From an uncultured Steroidobacteraceae bacterium (GTDB taxonomy: Bacteria > Pseudomonadota > Gammaproteobacteria > Steroidobacterales > Steroidobacteraceae), in the NCBI GenBank assembly GCA_964444835.1, contig CAYUIT010000016.1, positions 481 through 64,480 on the forward strand: a stretch of 64,000 nt of DNA, written 5' to 3'. Every line of letters starts with the position of its first letter. Position 1 is the stretch's first letter. Of the stretch, positions 38,651 through 49,964 are shown piece by piece. The position numbers were made by a program, and so were the translations under genes. The notes under the pieces were generated by a model that made no database searches, had not been told where the DNA came from, and saw nothing but the letters and a program-made list of their open reading frames with translations.

Positions 38651-39298
38651 TCAGCGCTGACAGGGCGCGCTCAGACTCGAAGGCACGAGGGCTTGAGCCG
38701 TGGCTGCTTCAATGAGGGGCCGCATCGCACGGTACCCAGCCGTATTGGGGTGCAGGCCATGACCGGCCCACTCGCGACGCAAGAACCCGCGCTCATCGAC
38801 CGTCGCGGTGAAATGGTCGCGGTAGACACACCCTGCCCGCGCAGTACGCGCGCATGCGGCGGTTGAGCGCCAAAATCTTCTCGGGCAAGCGCTGCAGAAC
38901 ACACTTGTGCGCCGCAGCCGTGTAGTCGTGCACAGGCAAAACCGACGCGAGGCCCGTGCGGATACCATTGGCGACCGCTAACTGCACCATCGACTGGTAG
39001 TTAGCCTCAATGTCGTCCAGTGTCATCGGTCCGGTGTTGCCGACGATATCGTTCGTGCCGGCGAGCACCACCACGGCGGGGGGGTGCAACGCGAAAACAT
39101 CTTGCCGAAATTGTTGCTGAACATGTCGGCGTGCGAGCGGCGCCACTGCTCGAAGCCGCTCAACTGATCTGCTGGCTCGGTCAGCGTCGTGACACATGCA
39201 GCAAGAATGACGCTGCTCGATAGGAGCAGGATAGAACCCCTGCCACGACTACACGCAACTTCATCTCGCGTCCTCATCGCCAAGTGGCACAACCGCAT
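38651..39298 (-). pseudogene. Degraded SGNH/GDSL-family hydrolase (lipoprotein) split over three reading frames
   Basis: Frame 1 (39298..39023) carries a lipoprotein signal, ILLLSSSVILAAC. Frame 2 (39197..38793) carries RQDVFALHPPAVVVLAGTNDIVGNTGP (SGNH block III) and ..GIRTGLASVLPV. Frame 3 (38968..38651) carries GCVYRDHF...DERGFL...HGLHPNTAGY, block V with His in place of the usual Asp. No GDS block I was found. Confidence 0.5.
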
Positions 39299-39364
39299 TC
39301 GTATGCAAGCGCCGTCTGAAAAAGCCTTGTTACAGTACTAGGACGATGCGACAGTAGCATTGTA

Positions 39365-39380
39365 ATGCAATCGATTGCAT
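39365..39380. promoter_or_regulatory. LacI-type operator, type A: a perfect 16-bp palindrome ATGCAATCGATTGCAT
   Basis: It lies about 35 nt upstream of the zwf ATG (39414) and has the same 14-bp core as 13779-13792. Confidence 0.5.
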
Positions 39381-39413
39381 GATTGGATTAAGCCCATATT
39401 CCGTCGGAGACTC

Positions 39414-40868
39414 ATGACAGACCCTAAACAGACATTCGTGCTCTTCGGTGCCACCGGCGATCTCGCCTCGCGCATGCTCCTGCCGTCGCTCTATCACTTG
39501 CACCGCGACAACCTGCTGTGCGACTCGCTCCGTGTACTCGGTGTCTCACGCTCCGAGCTCTCGGCGGAAGCATTTTCCCAGCACGTTGAGCGCGTGGTGC
39601 GCGACTTCGTGCCGGGTTCGTTCGTCGAGACGGCGGTGCTCGATCGCTTCGTGCGCCGCTGCTCGTATCGCGCCATCGATGCGGAGCGCGCGGCCGGCTT
39701 TACGGAGGTTGGCGCTGCGCTCGGTGAGTCGCCGCAACGCTTGTACTACCTATCGACCGCGCCCGAACTCTACGGCCCTGTCTGCGCAGGCTTGGCAGAT
39801 GCAGGTCTCGTCTCCGAGCGCTGCCACGTGGTCCTCGAGAAACCGATCGGCAAAGACCTGGCGTCTGCACACGCCGTCAACGCCGCCGTTCAGCGGCACT
39901 TCCATGAAGATCGCATCTTCCGGGTCGATCACTACCTCGGCAAAGAGCCGGTGCAGAATTTGCTCGCACTGCGATTTGGGAACGCGCTGTTCGAGCCGCT
40001 GTGGCGCAGCGATGCGATCGAACAAGTGCAAATCACCGTCGCCGAAACGGTCGGTGCTGAGGGCCGCTGGAGCTATTACGATCGCGCCGGCGCGCTACGC
40101 GATATGATCCAGAATCATTTGTTGCAGTTGTTAGCACTGGTCGCGATGGAGCCGCCGGTCAATTTCGAGCCGAATGAGGTACGCAACGAAAAGGTGAAAG
40201 TGTTGCGCTCGTTACGGCCTATCGATGTTACGGACATTCCGAGTAAGACTGTCTCGGGCCAATACGCGGCTGGCGTCGCAGGCACACAAGGTGTGCCCGG
40301 CTACCTCGATGAGGCAGGAGCGCGCCCCGGGAGCACGACGGAAACCTTCGTGGCATTGCGCGCCGAGGTCGACAACTGGCGCTGGAAGGGTGTGCCCTTC
40401 TATTTGCGCACGGGCAAGCGCATGGCCACGCGACGCACCGAAATCGTGATCCAGTTCCGCAGCGTGCCACACAACATTTTCGACTCGCACGGCACACCAT
40501 TGCAACCTAACAAGATGCTGATCCGCATGCAGCCCGAGGAAACGATCACGCTCGAGGTGATGGGCAAACAACCCGGTCTCAACGGCATGCGGCTCGCTCC
40601 GGTTGCACTCAATCTTTCGCTGACCGAAGCGTTCAAGGAGAGTCGTCGCCGACAGGCGCACGAGCGCTTGATCCTCGACGCGTTGGCTGGCAATTCCACG
40701 TTGTTCGTACGGAGCGACGAAGTCGAAGCCGCGTGGCGCTGGGTCGACCACATTGCCGAGGGCTGGCGGCGTAGCAACGTCGTGCCGAAGAGTTACCCTG
40801 CGGGTACGTGGGGCCCGGCTGCAGCGATTGCGCTGCCCGAGCGTTTCGGACACTCCTGGTACGAATGA
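39414..40868 (+). CDS. zwf: Glucose-6-phosphate 1-dehydrogenase
   Basis: Starts [22 protein letters not shown], with the active-site block RVDHYLGKE and [17 protein letters not shown]. Confidence 0.95.
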   Translation: MTDPKQTFVLFGATGDLASRMLLPSLYHLHRDNLLCDSLRVLGVSRSELSAEAFSQHVERVVRDFVPGSFVETAVLDRFVRRCSYRAIDAERAAGFTEVGAALGESPQRLYYLSTAPELYGPVCAGLADAGLVSERCHVVLEKPIGKDLASAHAVNAAVQRHFHEDRIFRVDHYLGKEPVQNLLALRFGNALFEPLWRSDAIEQVQITVAETVGAEGRWSYYDRAGALRDMIQNHLLQLLALVAMEPPVNFEPNEVRNEKVKVLRSLRPIDVTDIPSKTVSGQYAAGVAGTQGVPGYLDEAGARPGSTTETFVALRAEVDNWRWKGVPFYLRTGKRMATRRTEIVIQFRSVPHNIFDSHGTPLQPNKMLIRMQPEETITLEVMGKQPGLNGMRLAPVALNLSLTEAFKESRRRQAHERLILDALAGNSTLFVRSDEVEAAWRWVDHIAEGWRRSNVVPKSYPAGTWGPAAAIALPERFGHSWYE

Positions 40869-40869
40869 C

Positions 40870-42696
<1,827 letters not shown>

Positions 42697-42711
42697 CGTC
42701 GCGAGGCTCGC

Positions 42712-43341
42712 GTGTCGGTATTCCAGGATTCGTTCCCCAACGCCGTGCTGCCGGTCGTGACGTTCGACTCGCTAGCGAGCGCGGTGCCCACCGCGCGCGC
42801 GCTTGTCGCAGGCGGCATACGCGCGATCGAAGTAACGCTGCGGACGCCGATTGCACTCGAAGCGATTCGAGCCATCGCGGCGGAAGTGCCGCAGATGTCG
42901 GTCGGCGCGGGGACGATCCTGCGCCCGGCCGATCTCACGGCAGCGCTCGCGTGCGGTGCACGTTTCGGACTCTCCCCGGGCGCCACGCCGGAATTGTTAG
43001 CCGCAGCGCGCGAGTCTGCTCTACCCTTCATCCCGGGTATCGCAACGGCCTCCGAGCTGATGCGCGCATTGGACGAGGGCTTCACGACCGTGAAGTTCTT
43101 CCCGGCAGAAGCAGCGGGCGGCGTGGCCGCGCTGCAAGCCCTCAGCGCGCCGTTCCCGCAAGTCCGATTCTGCCCGACGGGCGGCATCACACTCGCGACG
43201 GCACCGAAGTACCTCGCGCTACGGAGCGTGCTCGGTCTTGGCGGCTCGTGGCTGACGGCGCGCGATGTTCTGGCGCGCGGTGATTACGCTACCATCGAGG
43301 CAGCTGCTCGCGCCGCTGCGGCACTAACCACTCAAACGTGA
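42712..43341 (+). CDS. eda: KDPG/KHG aldolase
   Basis: 209 aa with a GTG start. Motifs are GIRAIEVTLRTP, GAGTIL and FPAEAAGG...CPTGGI. Confidence 0.9.
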   Translation: MSVFQDSFPNAVLPVVTFDSLASAVPTARALVAGGIRAIEVTLRTPIALEAIRAIAAEVPQMSVGAGTILRPADLTAALACGARFGLSPGATPELLAAARESALPFIPGIATASELMRALDEGFTTVKFFPAEAAGGVAALQALSAPFPQVRFCPTGGITLATAPKYLALRSVLGLGGSWLTARDVLARGDYATIEAAARAAAALTTQT

Positions 43342-44561
43342 GCTTGCTGTTGATCGAGCGCTTGCAAGCGCGCTGCCGCTGGATCGCGCCACCAGTTATA
43401 GAACAAGCCCAGCGCGAGTAATGCAGCGAACGCCGTGGCGAGGACGAAGCCGTAGCGAATATCGCCATATTGATCGCTGATGAAACCCATCGCGGGTGGG
43501 CTCGCCGCTGCCGCGGCTGCCGTGAAAAACAGAATCACGCCGGCCACTGCGCCATGCTCAGACTTCTCGAAGCAGCTGATGCCTTTCGAGTTGATCGTCG
43601 GGTACATCACTGACATGAAGAGCCCGGACAGCGGCAAGAGCCACGCTGCCACGTCGCGACCGCCAATCAAGCTGCCTGCGAAGCACGCGAAGATCGCGAA
43701 TCCGAACCACATCAGCACCGTGCTCCAGCGGAAGTGGCTCAGCATCCAGACGCCGAGGAAACGGCCGGCCGCGCGCAGCACGAAGAATGTTGTCAGCGCG
43801 TACGCGACGATATGCGCGGCAGGCCCGGAGTAGTCCTTGAGTAGCGTCGGCATCCACACGTAGATCGCAACCTCCGTGGCGACATACAACATGATCAGCA
43901 GCGAGAAGCCCAAGGCGTACGGGTTCTTCATCATGCGCAAGGTGCGTGCGAGGTTGATCGGCTCGTCCGTCGCAGCTTTCATCGTCGGGTAACGCACGCC
44001 CAAGGCAATGATCATCAACACGGCACACATGATCGAGGCCGTGACGTACAGATACTTCCACGAGAGCCCGGCCGTCAGCAGTGCGGTGACGATGGCCGGG
44101 CCGATCATCGCGCCCACGCCGAAGAAGCCCTCCGCGAGATTCATCGTTGCGGTGTGTTGTTTGGCGGAGGTGGAGATATCGCCGATCAACGCAATCGCGC
44201 CAATCTTGAACACGGCGATACCAACCCCCGATATCGCAAGCAAAGCGACGAAGAAGCCGAAGGTATTACCGAACGCGAACAACAGCGAGCCGATGCCGTA
44301 CAGCAGTAGGCCCAAGAGAATCGTGATCTTGCGGCCAATGCGATCGGCCAAGAAGCCTAACAAGATGGCACCGAGCGCGATCGCGGCCATGGTGACCCAA
44401 TGGAACGCGCTCGCCGCCGTCATGCTCAGGCGGTACTCCTCGATCACGCGCGGTATGACCGTACCGACGGCGTCGGTCGTCATCGCGAACATCAAGAACA
44501 TCAAGCACGTGAGCCACTTGATGAGCTGCACGTTGCGCTCGGCCGGTGCGGTCGTGGTCAT
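43332..44561 (-). CDS. MFS sugar transporter (FucP/glucose-galactose porter-like)
   Basis: From the ATG at 44561: MTTTAPAERNVQLIKWLTCLMFLMFAMTTDAVGTVIP. It has 12 TM-like segments and the motif FLADRIGRK. Its 3' end overlaps the eda 3' end convergently by 10 nt. Confidence 0.8.
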   Translation of the reverse strand: MTTTAPAERNVQLIKWLTCLMFLMFAMTTDAVGTVIPRVIEEYRLSMTAASAFHWVTMAAIALGAILLGFLADRIGRKITILLGLLLYGIGSLLFAFGNTFGFFVALLAISGVGIAVFKIGAIALIGDISTSAKQHTATMNLAEGFFGVGAMIGPAIVTALLTAGLSWKYLYVTASIMCAVLMIIALGVRYPTMKAATDEPINLARTLRMMKNPYALGFSLLIMLYVATEVAIYVWMPTLLKDYSGPAAHIVAYALTTFFVLRAAGRFLGVWMLSHFRWSTVLMWFGFAIFACFAGSLIGGRDVAAWLLPLSGLFMSVMYPTINSKGISCFEKSEHGAVAGVILFFTAAAAAASPPAMGFISDQYGDIRYGFVLATAFAALLALGLFYNWWRDPAAARLQALDQQQAHV

Positions 44562-44606
44562 GGAAGCCCCCTCGTAGCGCTGACCGTAACAGGTCAGTTC
44601 TCGGCT

Positions 44607-44620
44607 TGCAATCGAATGCA
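44607..44620. promoter_or_regulatory. LacI-type operator, type A variant (TGCAATCGAATGCA)
   Basis: It matches the core at 13779 in 13 of 14 positions and lies about 46 nt upstream of the MFS start. Confidence 0.4.
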
Positions 44621-44629
44621 AAAGCGGCC

Positions 44630-45469
44630 TTAGGCGAGCGCGGTGGCGTGCAGAACGAGGTGCTCGGCGACGAAACTCTGGATGAAGTAATAGCCGTGGT
44701 CGTAACCGTCGTGGGCGCGGTAATCGACAGGTTGGCCGGCCGCGCGAGCGGCCGCCAGGAAGCGATCGGGATGGAGCTGGTCGGCGAGGAACTTATCGGC
44801 CAGCCCTTGATCGATGCGAATCGTGCCAGGAAAGCGTCGCGCTGCCACGAGTTCCGTTGCGTCGTGCTCACGCCACACGTCGCGGTCGTCCCCCAAATAG
44901 CCCGAGAACGCCTTGACGCCCCACGGGCATTGCATCGGTGCACAAATCGGCGCGAACGCGGAAACGAAGCGATAGCGCTCGGGATTGCGCAGCGCGATCG
45001 TGAGCGCGCCATGGCCACCCATTGAGTGGCCCATGATGCTTTGCCGACGCTCCGCCGCAGGGAAATGCGTGCCGATCAACGTGGGTAATTCGTCGACGAT
45101 GTACGAGTACATTCGATAGTGCTGCGCCCAAGGCTCGCGCCGCGCATCCACATAGAACCCAGCCGCGAGACCGAAGTCCCAAGCCGCATCGTCGCCCGGC
45201 AGGCGCACGCGAGGGCTGGTATCGGGTGCCACGAGCATGAGTCCAAGCTCCGCTGCCACACGCTGCGCCCCGGCCTTGATCATGAAGGTCTCTTCCGTGC
45301 ACGTGAGACCTGCGAGGTAGTACACGACGGGCACACGCCGCGTGGCCGACTGCGGTGGCTCGTAGACGGCGAATCGCATCGAGCAACGAGTTGTTAGTGA
45401 ATCGTGCTCGTAAAAGCCCACCCTGCCGCCGAACGCAGCGTGACGGCTGAGAGTCTTCAATGCGCTCAT
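44630..45469 (-). CDS. fghA: S-formylglutathione hydrolase (esterase D)
   Basis: 279 aa starting FGG.VGFYEHDS....MRFAVY.PPQ, with YYLAGLTCTEE and the nucleophile motif GHSMGGHGA. Confidence 0.9.
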   Translation of the reverse strand: MSALKTLSRHAAFGGRVGFYEHDSLTTRCSMRFAVYEPPQSATRRVPVVYYLAGLTCTEETFMIKAGAQRVAAELGLMLVAPDTSPRVRLPGDDAAWDFGLAAGFYVDARREPWAQHYRMYSYIVDELPTLIGTHFPAAERRQSIMGHSMGGHGALTIALRNPERYRFVSAFAPICAPMQCPWGVKAFSGYLGDDRDVWREHDATELVAARRFPGTIRIDQGLADKFLADQLHPDRFLAAARAAGQPVDYRAHDGYDHGYYFIQSFVAEHLVLHATALA

Positions 45470-45486
45470 CGAACGGCGCGCAAACG

Positions 45487-46596
45487 TCAGAAAGTGACGA
45501 CGCTGCGAATTGACTCACCGGCGTGCATCAAGTCGAAGGCGTCGTTGATCCGCGCAAGCGGCATCGTATGCGTGATCAGCGGATCGATTTGGATCTTGCC
45601 GTCCATGTACCAATCGACGATTTTCGGCACGTCCGTGCGCCCGCGAGCGCCGCCAAACGCCGTGCCCTTCCACACGCGCCCCGTCACGAGCTGGAATGGC
45701 CGCGTGCGAATCTCCTGACCGGCACCAGCGACGCCGATGATGATCGACTCACCCCAACCGCGGTGGCAACACTCAAGGGCTTGCCGCATGAGATCGACGT
45801 TACCGACGCATTCGAACGAGTAGTCAGCGCCGCCGTCTGTCAGCGCCACGAGATACGCCACCAAATCGCCCTGCACTTCCTTCGGATTGACGAAGTGCGT
45901 CATGCCGAAACGCTCGGCAAGCGGCTTACGCGCCGGATTGAGATCGACACCGATAATCTTGTTAGCACCAGCAAGCCTTGCGCCTTGAATGACGTTGAGG
46001 CCGATACCGCCGAGGCCAAAGACCACCACGTTGGCGCCAGGCTCAACTTTCGCCGTGTTGATGACGGCGCCGATGCCAGTCGTGACGCCGCAGCCGATGT
46101 AGCAAACCTTGTCGAACGGCGCATCTTCGCGAATCTTCGCGAGCGCGATCTCGGGCAGCACGGTGAAGTTGGAAAACGTGGAGCAACCCATGTAGTGATG
46201 CACGGTCTCCTTGCCAACCGAGAACCGGCTCGTGCCATCGGGCATCATGCCTTTGCCCTGCGTCGCGCGAATGGCGGTACACAGATTGGTCTTGTGCGAG
46301 GTGCACGATTTGCACTGCCGACACTCGGGCGTGTAGAGCGGAATGACGTGATCGCCTTTCTTCAGGCTGGTAACACCCGGCCCGACGTCGACCACGATTC
46401 CGGCGCCTTCATGGCCGAAGATGACCGGGAACAAACCCTCGGGGTCCGCGCCGGAGCGCGTGAATTCGTCGGTGTGGCAGACGCCAGTCGCTTTGATCTC
46501 GACCAGCACTTCGCCAGCACGCGGACCAGCCAGATCCACTTCAATGACTTCGAGTGGTTTGTTAGCGGCCCAAGCGACCGCGGCGCGAGTCTTCAT
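45487..46596 (-). CDS. adhC: S-(hydroxymethyl)glutathione dehydrogenase / class III alcohol dehydrogenase
   Basis: 369 aa starting [24 protein letters not shown], with GVCHTDEFT and GHEGAGIV and ending IRSVVTF. It is adjacent to fghA. Confidence 0.95.
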   Translation of the reverse strand: MKTRAAVAWAANKPLEVIEVDLAGPRAGEVLVEIKATGVCHTDEFTRSGADPEGLFPVIFGHEGAGIVVDVGPGVTSLKKGDHVIPLYTPECRQCKSCTSHKTNLCTAIRATQGKGMMPDGTSRFSVGKETVHHYMGCSTFSNFTVLPEIALAKIREDAPFDKVCYIGCGVTTGIGAVINTAKVEPGANVVVFGLGGIGLNVIQGARLAGANKIIGVDLNPARKPLAERFGMTHFVNPKEVQGDLVAYLVALTDGGADYSFECVGNVDLMRQALECCHRGWGESIIIGVAGAGQEIRTRPFQLVTGRVWKGTAFGGARGRTDVPKIVDWYMDGKIQIDPLITHTMPLARINDAFDLMHAGESIRSVVTF

Positions 46597-46672
46597 CGAT
46601 CCGTCCCCTACACCTCATGACGAGAGCGTCATTGTGCCACGGGGCACGCGGCTCGTCGCCGCGCGTGGGACC

Positions 46673-48502
46673 TTAGGCGGACAGCGACAGGAATTCCGTA
46701 CCGCGGGCAGCGACGGCATCCAACACATCCCGGAACGGGACGGGCCGCGCGATTGCAAATCCTTGACCGAACTGCACACCGAGTTCCGCGAGCCGATTGC
46801 GGATACCGACCGTCTCGACATACTCCGCGACCGTCGTGATACCCATACCATCCGCAAGTTGGACGATGGCGCAGACGAGCGCTTCCGAGCGAGTGTTCTT
46901 TTCGATGTCGCGAACGTAGGCGCCATCGAGTTTGATGGTGCTCACGTCGAGCGCCTTCAGGTACGCGAGCGAGTTGACGCCCGTACCGAAGTCATCGAGC
47001 GCAAATCGCACGCCGAGCGCCGAGAGCTGCTTCATGCAAGCTTGCAATTGCGCCAAGTTCGCGGCGGCAGCGGCCTCAGTGATCTCGAACACGAGATCCT
47101 TGCCTTGGATGCCGTACTCCTGCATCGCCGCTTCGAGCCAATCCGCGAAGCCCACCGAGCCGATCGTGGGGCCCGATAGATTGATCGAAACACGAATCGT
47201 CTCGCCCTTCATCTTTGCGTTGAACGCCTTGAGCTGCTCGAAGGATTTGCGCACCACCGCGCGGTCCATCTCGGGCAACAATTGATAGCGGGTCGCCGCC
47301 GACATGAACTGCGCCGGCTCCATCAGTGCGCCATTCGTATCTCGCAAACGCACTAACAACTCATACGCCAGCGGCAGAGAATTATTGATCAGCGGCGCAA
47401 CGGTTTGCGCATACACCTCGATACGGCCCTCTTGCAGGGCGTCGCGAATTCGGCCGATCGCGACAATATCGTCGTGACGGCGAATGATGCTGAGATCTTC
47501 AGCGCGGTACACCTCGGCTCGGCCCCGGCCACGATCCTTCGCAGCTTTGCAGGCAATTTCTGCCTCGGCGACCACTTGCTCGAGCTTGGAGCCCGGCCCG
47601 TTGGCCGCCGCAATGCCCCATGACACCGACACATCGATCTTGCCGCCACCTGTGCCGTCGCCCACCGTGAGCTGAGCGACGTCTGCGCCAATCTTGCTAA
47701 CGATCTTCTGCGCTTGCTCGAGCGATACTTCCGGCAGCAGCATCATGAAGCGATCACCTGACAGGCGGCTCGCGAGCCCACCTGCAGCGCGCACGCGACC
47801 GCGAATGGCATTGCCCACTTCTGCAATCACCTTGTCGCCCGCAGCGTAGCCGCGCAAGTCGTTTGCGACGTGCATGCGATCGATGTCGCCATACACCATG
47901 CAATAGGCTTTGGGGCCGGCTGCACCATTGATCAAGCGTTGCGCGTCGCTCTTGAAGGCCGACCATGCGAGCAGACCGGTCAGCTTGTCGCGGTCGCGCT
48001 GCTGCGCGCGACAATACAGGCGCGAAAAGCGTTCGGCGCGACGCACTGTGTTCTCGTCGAACTTATCGCCCTCGGGGCGATTCAGCACGATGAGCGCGCC
48101 TGTGACCTTCTTGCCATCAGGTACCAACGGCACGGCGACGAGACGACACGATACAGGCGCGCCAGGCGAGGCTTTCAGCTTGTTAGTTACGATCGGCGTG
48201 CCAGCCGCGACAACGCGCTGGGCGATCTCTTGACCGAGCGCCGCAATCTGGGCCTCGGCAAACTTCTCGTTCTCGGGACTACCCGCCCAAATCTGTTGCG
48301 ACCGGGCATGCGGAGTCACGATCGCCGCCGCCGCGCACCCAATGCGGGCACACGCGACACGCAACACGGCCATAGCATCCATGGCCGTATGCGCGCTGGT
48401 GCGAGCAACGGTATCGGCGGACTCCAAGCAATGACTCCAAACGTTTTCTGGTATCTGGAGCGTAGGAGAAAGCCTGGATTGGGGGTGCGAACGAGTCCGC
48501 AA
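46673..48502 (-). CDS. GAF-like sensor / GGDEF / EAL domain c-di-GMP signalling protein
   Basis: 609 aa. The GGDEF region has a degenerate-looking signature (RLSGDRFMML). The EAL region includes E.YAQTVAP, EITE, FALDDFGTG and a GQGF motif. Confidence 0.85.
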   Translation of the reverse strand: MRTRSHPQSRLSPTLQIPENVWSHCLESADTVARTSAHTAMDAMAVLRVACARIGCAAAAIVTPHARSQQIWAGSPENEKFAEAQIAALGQEIAQRVVAAGTPIVTNKLKASPGAPVSCRLVAVPLVPDGKKVTGALIVLNRPEGDKFDENTVRRAERFSRLYCRAQQRDRDKLTGLLAWSAFKSDAQRLINGAAGPKAYCMVYGDIDRMHVANDLRGYAAGDKVIAEVGNAIRGRVRAAGGLASRLSGDRFMMLLPEVSLEQAQKIVSKIGADVAQLTVGDGTGGGKIDVSVSWGIAAANGPGSKLEQVVAEAEIACKAAKDRGRGRAEVYRAEDLSIIRRHDDIVAIGRIRDALQEGRIEVYAQTVAPLINNSLPLAYELLVRLRDTNGALMEPAQFMSAATRYQLLPEMDRAVVRKSFEQLKAFNAKMKGETIRVSINLSGPTIGSVGFADWLEAAMQEYGIQGKDLVFEITEAAAAANLAQLQACMKQLSALGVRFALDDFGTGVNSLAYLKALDVSTIKLDGAYVRDIEKNTRSEALVCAIVQLADGMGITTVAEYVETVGIRNRLAELGVQFGQGFAIARPVPFRDVLDAVAARGTEFLSLSA

Positions 48503-48582
48503 GTGCAGGGGAGCGCGCCGTATTGACTCAGACGTTATGCGACGTGCGTCACACGCCGGGGGCCCATTGGCGCCCGCCGGGG

Positions 48583-49257
48583 CTAGAACCAGCCGTAGTT
48601 GAAGCTGATGCTGATTCGGTCAGTCTGCGTAGTATTGGGCGGCACCTCATGGCGCAGCCAGCTTTCGAACAATACGAGCGTGCCCACCGTCGCGGGCAGC
48701 GTCACCCACCAACGATTCGCCACCCGACAGTCCGCCATTCGAGGCAACGCGGCCATGTAGCGCTCGAGTCGCGGATCCTCGAACTTGATACCCGCAGCAC
48801 CCTTCGCCGCTTGCACATAGTAGGTTCCACTAACAACTGCATGCGGATGCAAATGCAGGCCGTGCACGCAATGTGCGCCCATGATATTGATCCAGCAATC
48901 GGTCATTTGAATCTGACGCCCACGGGTATCGACCTCGAGCGAGCGCAGAAACCGCGCGACGTGTGGCTGCACGCGCCGCTCGAACTCGGCGAAGGTCGGT
49001 ACGATCTCATGCAAACGATGCTGCGAGCCGTAAGACGTGAAGCCATTGGGGTAGTGGCGCCGGGACCAAGCACGACCGGCGTCGTCATCGACCGAGATCT
49101 GTTCGCATTGGCGCCGCAAGCGCGCGTTGAGGCGCGCACCGAGCCGCCGCTCGAGCGGTGCCTGATAGATCGACGTCGGGAAATAATGTTTTGCTGTCAC
49201 GACGACGAGACTAGCGAGCGCGACTGCCTGTGGTAAAGCCCCGCGCGTGGTCGCCAT
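48583..49257 (-). CDS. 2OG-Fe(II) oxygenase superfamily protein (TIGR02466-like)
   Basis: The C-terminus VLFESWLRHEVPPN...RISISFNYGWF is typical of this conserved hypothetical family. I chose the ATG at 49257. Confidence 0.65.
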   Translation of the reverse strand: MATTRGALPQAVALASLVVVTAKHYFPTSIYQAPLERRLGARLNARLRRQCEQISVDDDAGRAWSRRHYPNGFTSYGSQHRLHEIVPTFAEFERRVQPHVARFLRSLEVDTRGRQIQMTDCWINIMGAHCVHGLHLHPHAVVSGTYYVQAAKGAAGIKFEDPRLERYMAALPRMADCRVANRWWVTLPATVGTLVLFESWLRHEVPPNTTQTDRISISFNYGWF

Positions 49258-49323
49258 CGCATTTCTTTCGGCCCCATGCGAGACTTGCCGCAGACTCACT
49301 GGGATCGCAAGGAGACAAATCAG

Positions 49324-49932
49324 ATGGACCTATTGAACACGATTCTCTCGGCGGGCGGCGGCACCGTCGTACGCCAGGTAGCCAACCAATTCGGCACCGA
49401 CGAGTCGCAGACTAACAGCGCCTTGGCGCAGATCATTCGCGTCCTCGGCCAAGGCGTCGCGCAGAACGCCGCCACTCCGACCGGTCTCGAGAGTCTCACG
49501 CGGGCACTCGGGTCTGGCAGCCACGCGCGTTACCTCGACGACGTGAGTGCGCTGTCGGATCCGGCCGCACGCGCCGATGGCAATGGCATCCTCGGACACA
49601 TTCTCGGCAGCCCAGACATCAGTCGTGCGCTTGCGGGGCGTGTCGCCGGCCAAACGGGGCTCTCGCAAGACGTAATCAAGAAGCTGCTGCCGGTGGCAGC
49701 GATGTTATTGATGGGTGCTCTGTCAAAGCGAACGCAAGGCGGCAGCGGTCTCGGCGGCCTGTTAGGCGACACACTCGCGCGAGCAAGCGCACCCGCGGCC
49801 GCACCCGCACGGCCCGCACAAACCAGCTCGTCACCGCTCGGCGGACTATTGGGGATGCTCGATCGCGACGGCGATGGCTCTCCCGCCGACGACATTCTGA
49901 AGATGGCAGCGCAAGTCCTGATGCGCCGTTGA
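49324..49932 (+). CDS. DUF937 domain protein
   Basis: MDLLNTILSAGGGTVVRQVANQFG.DESQTNSALAQIIRVLGQG is the characteristic DUF937 N-terminus. The C-terminal half is low-complexity. Confidence 0.7.
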   Translation: MDLLNTILSAGGGTVVRQVANQFGTDESQTNSALAQIIRVLGQGVAQNAATPTGLESLTRALGSGSHARYLDDVSALSDPAARADGNGILGHILGSPDISRALAGRVAGQTGLSQDVIKKLLPVAAMLLMGALSKRTQGGSGLGGLLGDTLARASAPAAAPARPAQTSSSPLGGLLGMLDRDGDGSPADDILKMAAQVLMRR

Positions 49933-49964
49933 GCACGGCGCGCGCGGCCGCCTCGAGCTGCCGG

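Noticed and set aside
39078-39084. G7 homopolymer (C7 on the coding strand) inside the SGNH remnant as a slipped-strand phase-variation switch. A similar C7 run lies at 38547-38553.
   Set aside because: Adding one base would join two of the frames. But it would skip the family-conserved RQDV..L.P segment, which is readable only in the other frame. The tract is therefore not the lesion that split the gene, and 7 nt is short for phase variation.
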